DNA of 56,064 nucleotides from Myxococcales bacterium (GTDB lineage Bacteria; Myxococcota; UBA727; JABDBI01): NCBI GenBank assembly GCA_947445025.1, contig CANFCB010000004.1, positions 1 to 56,064 of the forward strand, read 5' to 3'. Shown piece by piece: positions 48,129 to 56,064 of this stretch (position 1 is its first letter; each line of letters starts with the position of its first letter). The notes under the pieces were generated by a model. It saw only the letters and a program-made list of their open reading frames with translations, ran no database searches and was not told where the DNA came from. The position numbers and the translations under genes were made by a program.

Positions 48129-49772
48129 ATGCTTTACGCTAAAAAACGATTACACGCACCTCATTTGCTGGCCCTCTTTCTTTTAGCTGTCTGTGCATGC
48201 CGACGCGCTCCTGAGACTCCCACCAAAGAAGACTCCGTCTTACATGTGACAGTGTCAAGTAGCCCCGAGAGTTTAGACCCTAGATTTGCCACCTCTGCGG
48301 TAGCTTCTAATTTAAGTCAGCTAATTTTTGCTCCGCTGTTTGTGATTGATGAAGATTTATTACCAGAATCTTTTTTGGCCAAAGATATCGAGCAAATCAA
48401 TCCTGTAACGTACCTGGTTCACCTCAGAGCAAACTTATTTTTTCACGACGGAACGCCGTTAACGGCTGCGGACGTGGTTTATACTTTTTCCTCGTTAAAT
48501 GATGCAGATGTCAGATCCCCACACAGTGAAAAATATAATTACATTCAAAGCATCAAAACACTCACTGAACACACCGTGCAATTTATTTTAAAGGCTCCCT
48601 ATGCGCCTTTTTTTAGTGACCTCTCGGGCCTTGGCATCGTCTCTAAAAAACACTGTCAAAATCGCTCGCAAATATGTCGCGACAAAATCGTCGGTTCGGG
48701 ACCATATCGCCTCGTTAAATTTGACAAAGTGACCGACACTCTCACCCTACAGGCACAAAGCCGATGGTTTGAAACCAGCCCGCTGCTGCCCCGTATTGAA
48801 ATTCGCGTGGTCAAAGATGCCACTACCAGGCTTTTAGAATTAATTAAAGGCAAAGCGGATTTTAATTCAGGCGGAATTTCCCCTATCCAAGCCAGTATTG
48901 TACAAAAATATCCTGAGCAACTTATCCTTAAAAAAACTCCTGGTCTTGGCTATGCATATCTGGCTATGAATTTGCGCGGCCCCAAAAATCACCACGCCGT
49001 CAAAGAATCTGAAAAAGATCGAACCCGAAGAGCGCTTGCAGATGTACGCGTGCGCAAGGCCCTTGCTTTATCCATCGATATCAACGCTCTCTTAAAATAT
49101 AAATTTCACGGCATGGCTAGCAGAGCTACAGGTCTGATTCCTCCACAGCATTGGGCAAAATCTCGGCAATTAGCGCCGCTGCTTTATGATCCAGTCACTG
49201 CCAAAGCAATGCTTGATCAAGCAGGATTCACCAATCGCGGTTTAGGCAAAGGCCAACGTTTTAAAATTACCATTTCCACCAGCCCTGATCGTTTTCGCCA
49301 AAGCATTGCCCTAGTTTATGCACAAAATTTTCGTGAGCTTGGTATCGACACCGAGCTTCGCATCAAAGATTTCAGCGCGCTTTATCAAGATGTCAAACAA
49401 GGTAACTTTGAAATTTTTAGTTTGATTTGGACTCCTGTTATCGAACCCGATTTGTTTCATTGGATTTTTCATTCGAGCAATATTCCTGGGCCCGATAAAG
49501 GCGGAGGAAATCGTATTGCTTATATTGATCCCGTAATCGATAAACTGATCATGCAGGCTCGCTCCAACACCAACCTGGAAACCAGAAAAGCACTTTATGA
49601 AAAAATTGAACTACGCTTGCTGGAAACCATGCCCTATATTCCTTTATGGTTTGAAGATGAGATTGTCGTCATGAATCGCAATGTTCTACAATTTACGCCC
49701 TCGCGAACCGGCTCTCTGCTAGGTCTTCGCCACGCAAAAATTATGCACAGCAATAAAAAAGGTCCGCTATGA
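48129..49772 (+). CDS. Peptide/nickel ABC transporter substrate-binding lipoprotein
   Basis: Lipobox VCAC; PESLDPR, FHDGTPLTAADVVYTF, GSGPY, DVRVRKAL. Confidence 0.93.
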   Translation: MLYAKKRLHAPHLLALFLLAVCACRRAPETPTKEDSVLHVTVSSSPESLDPRFATSAVASNLSQLIFAPLFVIDEDLLPESFLAKDIEQINPVTYLVHLRANLFFHDGTPLTAADVVYTFSSLNDADVRSPHSEKYNYIQSIKTLTEHTVQFILKAPYAPFFSDLSGLGIVSKKHCQNRSQICRDKIVGSGPYRLVKFDKVTDTLTLQAQSRWFETSPLLPRIEIRVVKDATTRLLELIKGKADFNSGGISPIQASIVQKYPEQLILKKTPGLGYAYLAMNLRGPKNHHAVKESEKDRTRRALADVRVRKALALSIDINALLKYKFHGMASRATGLIPPQHWAKSRQLAPLLYDPVTAKAMLDQAGFTNRGLGKGQRFKITISTSPDRFRQSIALVYAQNFRELGIDTELRIKDFSALYQDVKQGNFEIFSLIWTPVIEPDLFHWIFHSSNIPGPDKGGGNRIAYIDPVIDKLIMQARSNTNLETRKALYEKIELRLLETMPYIPLWFEDEIVVMNRNVLQFTPSRTGSLLGLRHAKIMHSNKKGPL

Positions 49773-50803
49773 GCGGCGCAAGCTTACCTGACATTGTCAT
49801 TTTTAGCCTAGCCATGGCAATTTTATTAGGCTCCTGCTTTATGCCGAGCAACCGCTGGACCGGTAAACTTGTTTCTATCATTGCTGTTCTCATTGGTGCC
49901 ACTTTAATGGTAACTGGGATGCTGCGCCTGATTCCCGGCGATCCCGTCGACAACATATTAGGAGATCAAGCGCCCCATGAAGCACGCTTACAATTGGCAC
50001 AAGATTTAAATTTGGTCGACGCTGCAGGAAATCCTCTTGGTTTTATAGCACAATACGGCCAATTTATTCGCCAAGTTTCGCGCAACCAATTATTAAGCTA
50101 TCGAACCCGTGAGCCTGTTTTAACCATGATTGCGCAAAGACTACCTTACACCATATGGCTGGCTTTTTTCGCCATGCTTTTTGCACTTACCATTGGCCCT
50201 GTCTTGGGAATTGCTGCCGCAGCGAGGAGAGGTTCTTTCTTTGATGCCTTGCTCATGTTTTTAGCGTTACTAGGGATAAGTCTGCCCCGATTTTTTTTAG
50301 GTCCCCTGCTCTTGTTGGCTTTTTCCATTCATTGGCATATTTTTCCTATCAGCGGCGCTACCGATGGCATTTGGTCGGTGATTTTACCAGCCGCAAGTCT
50401 AGGTTTAGCTATGGCTGCCATGCAAGCCCGCATGGTACGCGCTTCGATTTTAGAGGTCATGAGCGAAGACTATATTCGTGTAGCCAGAGCCAAAGGTCTG
50501 TCAGAAAATCAAGTTTACTTTAAGCACGCCCTGCGTAATGCTTTGTTGCCGGTCATCACCGTCGTCGGTCTGGAACTAGGCGGACTTTTAGCAGGCAGTG
50601 TGGTAACCGAAAAGATTTTTAACTGGCCGGGCATTGGGCTATTATTGTTGGAAAGCATTCAACGTCTTGATATGCCCATCGTGCAAGGCGTTGTCCTCAC
50701 TGTTGCTTTTGCTTATGTTTTTATTAATTTACTCACCGACTTAAGTTATCAATGGATTGACCCTCGCATTCGCTTACAAACTATAGCCCAAGCATTAAAA
50801 TGA
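49769..50803 (+). CDS. Peptide ABC transporter permease (DppB-like)
   Basis: LIPGDPV, EDYIRVARAKGLSE, TEKIFNWPGIG, IDPRI. Confidence 0.93.
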   Translation: MSGASLPDIVIFSLAMAILLGSCFMPSNRWTGKLVSIIAVLIGATLMVTGMLRLIPGDPVDNILGDQAPHEARLQLAQDLNLVDAAGNPLGFIAQYGQFIRQVSRNQLLSYRTREPVLTMIAQRLPYTIWLAFFAMLFALTIGPVLGIAAAARRGSFFDALLMFLALLGISLPRFFLGPLLLLAFSIHWHIFPISGATDGIWSVILPAASLGLAMAAMQARMVRASILEVMSEDYIRVARAKGLSENQVYFKHALRNALLPVITVVGLELGGLLAGSVVTEKIFNWPGIGLLLLESIQRLDMPIVQGVVLTVAFAYVFINLLTDLSYQWIDPRIRLQTIAQALK

Positions 50804-51633
50804 TAATGGACCAACGAACCCTAAAACATTTTTTTAAAAATCCTGCTTCTTTAGCAGGCGCATTGATTATTCTCTGCTTTATCCTGGTAGGTATCTTAGG
50901 CCCGTGGTTTATAGGCGATTCAGGACTTAATATTCGCCTCGATATGGAACTAAAAGGACCTGGCGCTGGTCGCTTGGGATTTGCTGAAAATGGCATCGAT
51001 GTTTTGACTTCGCTGGTTTACGGCGCGCGTATTTCTCTGCTGATTGCCATTACTTGTACGGTAATTTCACTTTCAATCGGCATTGTTTACGGTGCGGTTT
51101 CGGGATTTTTCGGCAATCGTATTGATGCGGTCATGATGCGCGTTATCGATATTTTACTGGCTTTTCCAGGCTTGCTTTTGGCCATTTATATCGCAGCTAT
51201 ATTAAGCCCCAAAACCATCAACGTAGTCTTTGCACTGTGCGCCACAGGCTGGGTAGGATATGCCCGCGTGGTGAGAGCGCAAGTTCTTTCCATTAAAAAT
51301 TACGAATACGTCACTGCGGCCACAAGCTTAGGCGCTAAAACGCATCGCATTATTTTTGTGCACATTATTCCTAATATTTTGGGACCGATCATTGTTCAAG
51401 CAAGTTTTGCTTTAGCATCGTTAATTCTAGCAGAAGCAGCCTTAAGCTTCCTAGGACTGGGCGTTCCTCCCGGCACACCTTCTTGGGGTGCACTTCTGGA
51501 TCAAGGCGTTTCCTATCTTTTTATTGCGCCACACTTGGCAATTTTTCCGGGAATTTGCATTGCCATCACCGTGCTCGGCTTTAATTTTCTTGGCGATGGC
51601 TTGCGTGATGTTTTTGATGTTAAGAATCGCTAA
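50800..51633 (+). CDS. Peptide ABC transporter permease (DppC-like)
   Basis: YGARISL, EAALSFLGLG, FNFLGDGLRD. Confidence 0.93.
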   Translation: MIMDQRTLKHFFKNPASLAGALIILCFILVGILGPWFIGDSGLNIRLDMELKGPGAGRLGFAENGIDVLTSLVYGARISLLIAITCTVISLSIGIVYGAVSGFFGNRIDAVMMRVIDILLAFPGLLLAIYIAAILSPKTINVVFALCATGWVGYARVVRAQVLSIKNYEYVTAATSLGAKTHRIIFVHIIPNILGPIIVQASFALASLILAEAALSFLGLGVPPGTPSWGALLDQGVSYLFIAPHLAIFPGICIAITVLGFNFLGDGLRDVFDVKNR

Positions 51634-51690
51634 AAAATTGCACGAGTTCACGCTTCCGGAATTGTCATACCAGCGCAGGCGAGATAATTT

Positions 51691-51711
51691 AATTGCAACT
51701 CAATTGTAATT
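51691..51711. promoter_or_regulatory. Putative Fur/Zur-family operator
   Basis: Imperfect palindrome AATTGCAA-CTCAA-TTGTAATT about 55 bp upstream of the ZIP-Fur pair. Confidence 0.55.
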
Positions 51712-51767
51712 GCGATTCAAAATATTTTAGGCTAGACATGCCTTAATATTTTTTTTGGATCTAAAAA

Positions 51768-52571
51768 ATGTATAGTCTCTTACTTTTAAGTTTTTGCTCG
51801 CTCCTAATTGGGCCTGCTTTATTTGGCTTCGCCACGCGATTCCATACTTTTCTCCGTTTTTTAGATGCCTTTGTGCTCTGCTCTATTTTTAGTTTGGTGG
51901 TTTTTCACATCCTGCCAGACAGTATTGCCCACGGCGGATTAATGGCGGTTAGTGCAGCTGCCCTCGGCTTCATAGCGCCCGTCCTCATCGGACGTTTTAT
52001 CGATAAGGGTCATTGTAATTTACACCACTCCTTAATTTCGATTGCCTCCATCGGCCTCATTGCTCATGCCATATTAGATGGTATAGCCCTCGCCAGCACC
52101 CATTCCATCAGCTCGCATCAAGCAACCTTTTTAGGCCTCGCAGTGGTCCTGCACCGCTTACCTGAAGGTGTTGGAATCTGGCGCATCACTCAAGGCAGCT
52201 TGGGGACCAAAGCGGCTATCTTCAGCCTCGCAATCGTCATGATCGCCACCTCCATGGGATTCTTCTTCGGCGAAAGCTGGATCACCCATACATCAGAACA
52301 AGCCCTCATGACTTTTGAAGCGCTCATGGCCGGGGTCTTGTTGCACGTGGTTTTTCATCGTCATCACTTAACCCAATTAGAGCCACACTCTCACCACGTC
52401 GAAAAAACTGATAACTCGCCCTGGATCACCGGAGCTGGTGCATTTTGTGGATTTTTCCTAGTTATTTGTTTATCAACAGTGCCCTCAGTTGATCACAACC
52501 ACTCTCATGCTCCTTATGAAATATCTCTTGCTCCACATCAAGAAAAAGATATTATATGCTGTCTCAAATAA
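51768..52571 (+). CDS. ZIP-like metal transporter, His-rich
   Basis: FHILPDS, HAILDGIAL, HRLPEG, LLHVVFH, His-rich loops. Confidence 0.8.
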   Translation: MYSLLLLSFCSLLIGPALFGFATRFHTFLRFLDAFVLCSIFSLVVFHILPDSIAHGGLMAVSAAALGFIAPVLIGRFIDKGHCNLHHSLISIASIGLIAHAILDGIALASTHSISSHQATFLGLAVVLHRLPEGVGIWRITQGSLGTKAAIFSLAIVMIATSMGFFFGESWITHTSEQALMTFEALMAGVLLHVVFHRHHLTQLEPHSHHVEKTDNSPWITGAGAFCGFFLVICLSTVPSVDHNHSHAPYEISLAPHQEKDIICCLK

Positions 52572-52584
52572 ATCTTGAGGTTTT

Positions 52585-53010
52585 ATGAACAGCATCAATG
52601 ATTTCAAAACGCTCATTCGAAAAACTGGTCTACGATCAACGCCGCCGCGCATCGCTGTTTTGCAAGCCTTGAGTAAAATATCCGCGCCGCTTAGTCACGG
52701 CGATCTAATAGGTAAACTAGCTCCCCAAGAAATGGATCGCGCCACTATCTTTCGCAATTTAAGTGACCTAACCGAAGCAGGTTTGCTTTCTCGTATAGAT
52801 GTCGGCGATCATACTTGGCGTTTTGAGCTAAAAAATCAGGAAAATAAAAACGCGTCACATCCCCATTTTGTTTGCACAGATTGTGGCGACGTATCATGCC
52901 TACCGACCGCCAACGTCCAGGTTACTCATTCACCTAAGGCTAGCAATAATAAAGTTGGCAATATTTCAGAAATTTTATTAAAGGGACACTGCGAAGACTG
53001 CGAGGAGTAA
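52585..53010 (+). CDS. Fur-family transcriptional regulator
   Basis: GLRSTPPRIAVL, DRATIFRNL, HPHFVCTDCG, GHCEDC. Confidence 0.93.
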   Translation: MNSINDFKTLIRKTGLRSTPPRIAVLQALSKISAPLSHGDLIGKLAPQEMDRATIFRNLSDLTEAGLLSRIDVGDHTWRFELKNQENKNASHPHFVCTDCGDVSCLPTANVQVTHSPKASNNKVGNISEILLKGHCEDCEE

Positions 53011-53014
53011 CGCC

Positions 53015-54091
53015 TTGAAATCACGTGCTTTGGGTCAACTTTTTATTTTTGGATTTGATGGCCTAAATGTCAATGCTGACGCACGGCGCCTGCTCAGTAA
53101 GGAACTTGCCGCCGGGGTTATCTTATTTGCGCGCAACGTTGCTTCTTTAGAGCAAGTTGTCGAACTCAATCGCGAAATCATGGATTTAAGGACCAGCCAA
53201 TTTGCGCCTTTAATTAGCGTCGATCAAGAAGGTGGACGCGTGGCCAGGCTCAAAAATATTTGCACGCCCGTTCCCGACATGCGCCGCATTGGAACATTAA
53301 GCCAAAGCCAACCGGATTTGCCTTATCGTTTAGGTGCCATGATGGCACGCGAAATGATTGCACTCGGTTTTCACTTGGATTTTGCTCCCATCTTAGACGT
53401 CGACACTAACTCTTTAAACCCTATTATTGGCGATCGCAGCTTTGCTTGCGACGCGCATACGGTTGCACGTATTGGTGCATTGTTTATTAACGGAATGCAA
53501 GAAGCAGGCCTGGCCGCCTGCGCCAAACATTTTCCCGGACACGGCGATACTGACATCGACAGTCATCTGGACCTGCCTATCTTGCGTCATGATCAAAGCC
53601 GCATCGAAGCTGTTGAACTCGTCCCATTTCAAGCTTCCATCAAAGCCGGCGTTGCCAGCATGATGACCGCGCATATCCTTATTCCTGCGCTTGACGCTGA
53701 ATTTCCGGCCACTTTAAGCAAAGCGATTTTACAAAATTTATTGCGGGAAAAATTAAGATTCGACGGCGTCGTTTTTTCTGACGATCTAGAAATGAAAGCA
53801 GTAGCTGATCGCTATACCATGAAGGAAATGATCCGTTTAGGATTGCTGGCAGGCGTGGATGCTTTTTTAGTATGCAAGGAAGTCGCTAAAATCGATGAAG
53901 CCATCAGCGCGCTGCATGAACTCGTCGACACCGGCCAAGTCCCCTTAAGCAGAGTGGAAGAAGCCTTAAGGAGAGTAGCAAATTTGAAACGACGCTTCCT
54001 CGGTGCTCCGGCACCAGCAGACTTAAATGAAGCCAAAAAGATAGTTCGTAGCAAACCGCATTTGGCGTTAGCTCAAAATTGGACGACATGA
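53015..54091 (+). CDS. nagZ: Beta-N-acetylhexosaminidase (GH3)
   Basis: DQEGGRV, KHFPGHGDTDIDSH, SDDLEM. Confidence 0.95.
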   Translation: MKSRALGQLFIFGFDGLNVNADARRLLSKELAAGVILFARNVASLEQVVELNREIMDLRTSQFAPLISVDQEGGRVARLKNICTPVPDMRRIGTLSQSQPDLPYRLGAMMAREMIALGFHLDFAPILDVDTNSLNPIIGDRSFACDAHTVARIGALFINGMQEAGLAACAKHFPGHGDTDIDSHLDLPILRHDQSRIEAVELVPFQASIKAGVASMMTAHILIPALDAEFPATLSKAILQNLLREKLRFDGVVFSDDLEMKAVADRYTMKEMIRLGLLAGVDAFLVCKEVAKIDEAISALHELVDTGQVPLSRVEEALRRVANLKRRFLGAPAPADLNEAKKIVRSKPHLALAQNWTT

Positions 54092-55056
54092 AAACACAAT
54101 TTCGAGTATTGGTTTCTGATCCTTTGTCTCACGAAGGAATTGAATTTCTAAAATCTATTCCGCAATTTTCCGTGGATGTTCTCGTCGGGCAAAGCAAAGA
54201 ATCACTGGAATCCATCATTCCTCAGTACGATGCTTTACTGGTCCGCAGTCAAACCCAAGTCACTAAAGCCTTAATTGAAAAAGCCTGCAAACTAAAAATG
54301 ATTGGACGAGCCGGCATTGGCGTGGACAACATCGACATCGCTGCTGCTAGTGCCGCTAATATTATTGTTATGAATACGCCAGAGGGCAACATCGTCACCA
54401 CAGCCGAGCATGCCATTGCTCTGCTCATGTCTTTAGCCAGACATATTCCCCAAGCATCTGCATCCTTAAAAAACGGTGCTTGGGAAAAATCGAAATTTAA
54501 AGGCACCGAGATTCACGAGAAAGTATTAGGCATTTTAGGTTTAGGAAATATTGGCAGCGTCGTCGCAACCTTGGCTACCGGTCTTCGTATGCGCGTGCTT
54601 GCCTGTGATCCTCTTGTCTCGCCGGAAAAAGCAAAAGCCTGCGGTGCTGCACTGGTGACCCTCGATGAACTCTATGCAAAGTCTGATTTTATTTCGATTC
54701 ACATTACCCTCTCACGTTATACACATCACCTCATCGATGACAGCGCTTTTGGCAAGATGAAAATGGGTGTACGTATTATCAACGCTGCACGCGGCGGAAT
54801 CATCGACGAAGTAGCGCTTCTTAATGCCTTAAATCGCGGAGATGTCAGCGGCGCGGCACTCGATGTACTTGAAGAAGAACCACCCTCACACAGCAATGAA
54901 TTGCTACAACATGAAAAGGTCATCGTCACTCCACACTTAGGCGCTTCTACTGAAGAGGCGCAAAATCGGGTTGGCTTGCAACTTGCGGAACAAACTCGAG
55001 ATTTTTTTCTGCAAAATTTAATCCGGCATGCGGTAAACCCAATCAGCCACCCATAG
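54088..55056 (+). CDS. serA: D-3-phosphoglycerate dehydrogenase, short form without regulatory domains
   Basis: GRAGIGVDNID, NIVTTAEH, GLGNIG, NAARGG, TPHLGASTEEAQ; start ATG 54088 overlaps the nagZ stop. Confidence 0.85.
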   Translation: MKTQFRVLVSDPLSHEGIEFLKSIPQFSVDVLVGQSKESLESIIPQYDALLVRSQTQVTKALIEKACKLKMIGRAGIGVDNIDIAAASAANIIVMNTPEGNIVTTAEHAIALLMSLARHIPQASASLKNGAWEKSKFKGTEIHEKVLGILGLGNIGSVVATLATGLRMRVLACDPLVSPEKAKACGAALVTLDELYAKSDFISIHITLSRYTHHLIDDSAFGKMKMGVRIINAARGGIIDEVALLNALNRGDVSGAALDVLEEEPPSHSNELLQHEKVIVTPHLGASTEEAQNRVGLQLAEQTRDFFLQNLIRHAVNPISHP

Positions 55057-55075
55057 TCAGCATTGAGCTGGATCC

Positions 55076-55390
55076 TCACATTGAAATTTTACACTGGGTC
55101 GTTGAGGCTGACTGCCCTATGAGTGTTTCCGCTTCGGTTATGGCGTACCAACTGGTATCTACAGTCACACATATGTTGGTGGTATAATCCCAGACGCACA
55201 GCCCACACGTCGTCTTCCAGTCGGCCAGAGGGACGCAGCAGTCCATCCCACCATTTGGCACGCATACCAGCAGCGAAACGCACGTCGGTGCTATCGCCGT
55301 GTCGGCAAGCGACGCGTTATCTTCTCCGCACGCGGCCAGACTGCTCAAGGTCAACGTCACCAGCGACAATACCAATATTCTCTTAACCAT
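55076..55390 (-). CDS. Small Cys-rich lipoprotein
   Basis: Start MVKRILVL at 55390; lipobox LAAC; eight further Cys. Confidence 0.7.
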   Translation of the reverse strand: MVKRILVLSLVTLTLSSLAACGEDNASLADTAIAPTCVSLLVCVPNGGMDCCVPLADWKTTCGLCVWDYTTNICVTVDTSWYAITEAETLIGQSASTTQCKISM

Positions 55391-55588
55391 AAAGTTCCCC
55401 CGATTGCTTTGCTTTATGTATTTTTGCTTGATTCTATTGCATTGTTTGATGGTAACTGCAGTTGCTGGAGGGAGCAAGTTTTTGGACAAAAAAATTATTC
55501 TTAAAAACAATTTGCTATTAATTTAGCTTTTAATTTATGCTGATTTCACGATTGTTGATCGCACATGCTGTGTTTTCAGCAAAAAGTA

Positions 55589-55665
55589 CCGCGCCCAAGA
55601 ACATAGAAACTTTTAGGCGCGGCAGACCACTTACGGAGTCGAGAAAAAACTAACATCTCGACTCC
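55589..55665. promoter_or_regulatory. Tandem inverted repeats upstream of the HTH gene
   Basis: CCGCGCC...GGCGCGG (55589-55622) and GGAGTCGAGA...TCTCGACTCC (55635-55665). Confidence 0.6.
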
Positions 55666-55704
55666 ACATGTCAAGCTTTGTAAAAGGCTTGGCCGGAGTA
55701 AATT

Positions 55705-56001
55705 ATGTCAAACAAGGTTTGCATCCCTATAGATATATTTCGTAATTCAAAACTATCGCTACGTGCCAAGTTTGTTTGGGCAGAGCTTTCGCTGTTGCCA
55801 CGAGGCGTGACTGGCGAATTTGTGCTCAAGCAAAAAGAGTTGAGTTTGCAGTTGGGTGTTTGTGTGAGTACACTTAGGCGGGCTATAAAATCTCTTGAAG
55901 AGAATCAGCTGATTCAATTTGTTGGGTTGTCGGAGCAGCATTTTAAGAAGTTTGTTTTTAAGAGTGACGGTGTCGACGAGAAAATCCCCCTTGTATCTTA
56001 A
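55705..56001 (+). CDS. Winged helix-turn-helix protein (mobile-element replication-initiator N-terminus-like)
   Basis: GGAG RBS; KLSLRAKFVW..L, QKELSLQLGVCVSTLRRAIKSLEENQLI. Confidence 0.75.
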   Translation: MSNKVCIPIDIFRNSKLSLRAKFVWAELSLLPRGVTGEFVLKQKELSLQLGVCVSTLRRAIKSLEENQLIQFVGLSEQHFKKFVFKSDGVDEKIPLVS

Positions 56002-56064
56002 CTTAGAACTTAATTATTCGAATAATTAGGTTAGACTCAAGTACGCTTGGGTAGGAGTAAGTTA

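Overview
Bacterial chromosomal window, GC roughly in the low 40s % by eye. Gene content resembles a Myxococcota/deltaproteobacterial lineage; this, and a possible host-associated lifestyle, are inferences. Most of it is housekeeping: an ECF sigma, a patatin, ftsEX-envC-lpoB, tRNA-Ser x2-ffs-dnaX, FKBP, dsbD, kamA, rpsR, ftsB, phoH, typA, two 5'-nucleotidases, hutU-ribD-hutI, fni, an mltD-like gene, a peptide ABC transporter, ZIP/Fur, nagZ and serA. The main accessory region lies between the convergent phoH and larC-like genes (about 16.6-25.25 kb). It holds a czcC-czcA cassette with a Cys-rich RPP-ending leader ORF and no czcB, an IS3-family element without a target duplication, and a secreted eukaryote-like protein (zinc fingers + EEP + OTU + polyproline). 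Each cargo is bracketed by a second, diverged copy of part of its flanking gene's 3' region: 25 bp of phoH, and 68 bp of the larC-like gene with only synonymous differences. No integrase is present. Other oddities are a 72-bp palindromic element in frame in a lipoprotein N-terminus, a trypsin-fold protein with all three catalytic residues replaced, an orphan aroB fragment, and a hairpin-flanked HTH gene at the right edge. No CRISPR array or rRNA was seen. All family calls come from motif recognition, not database searches.
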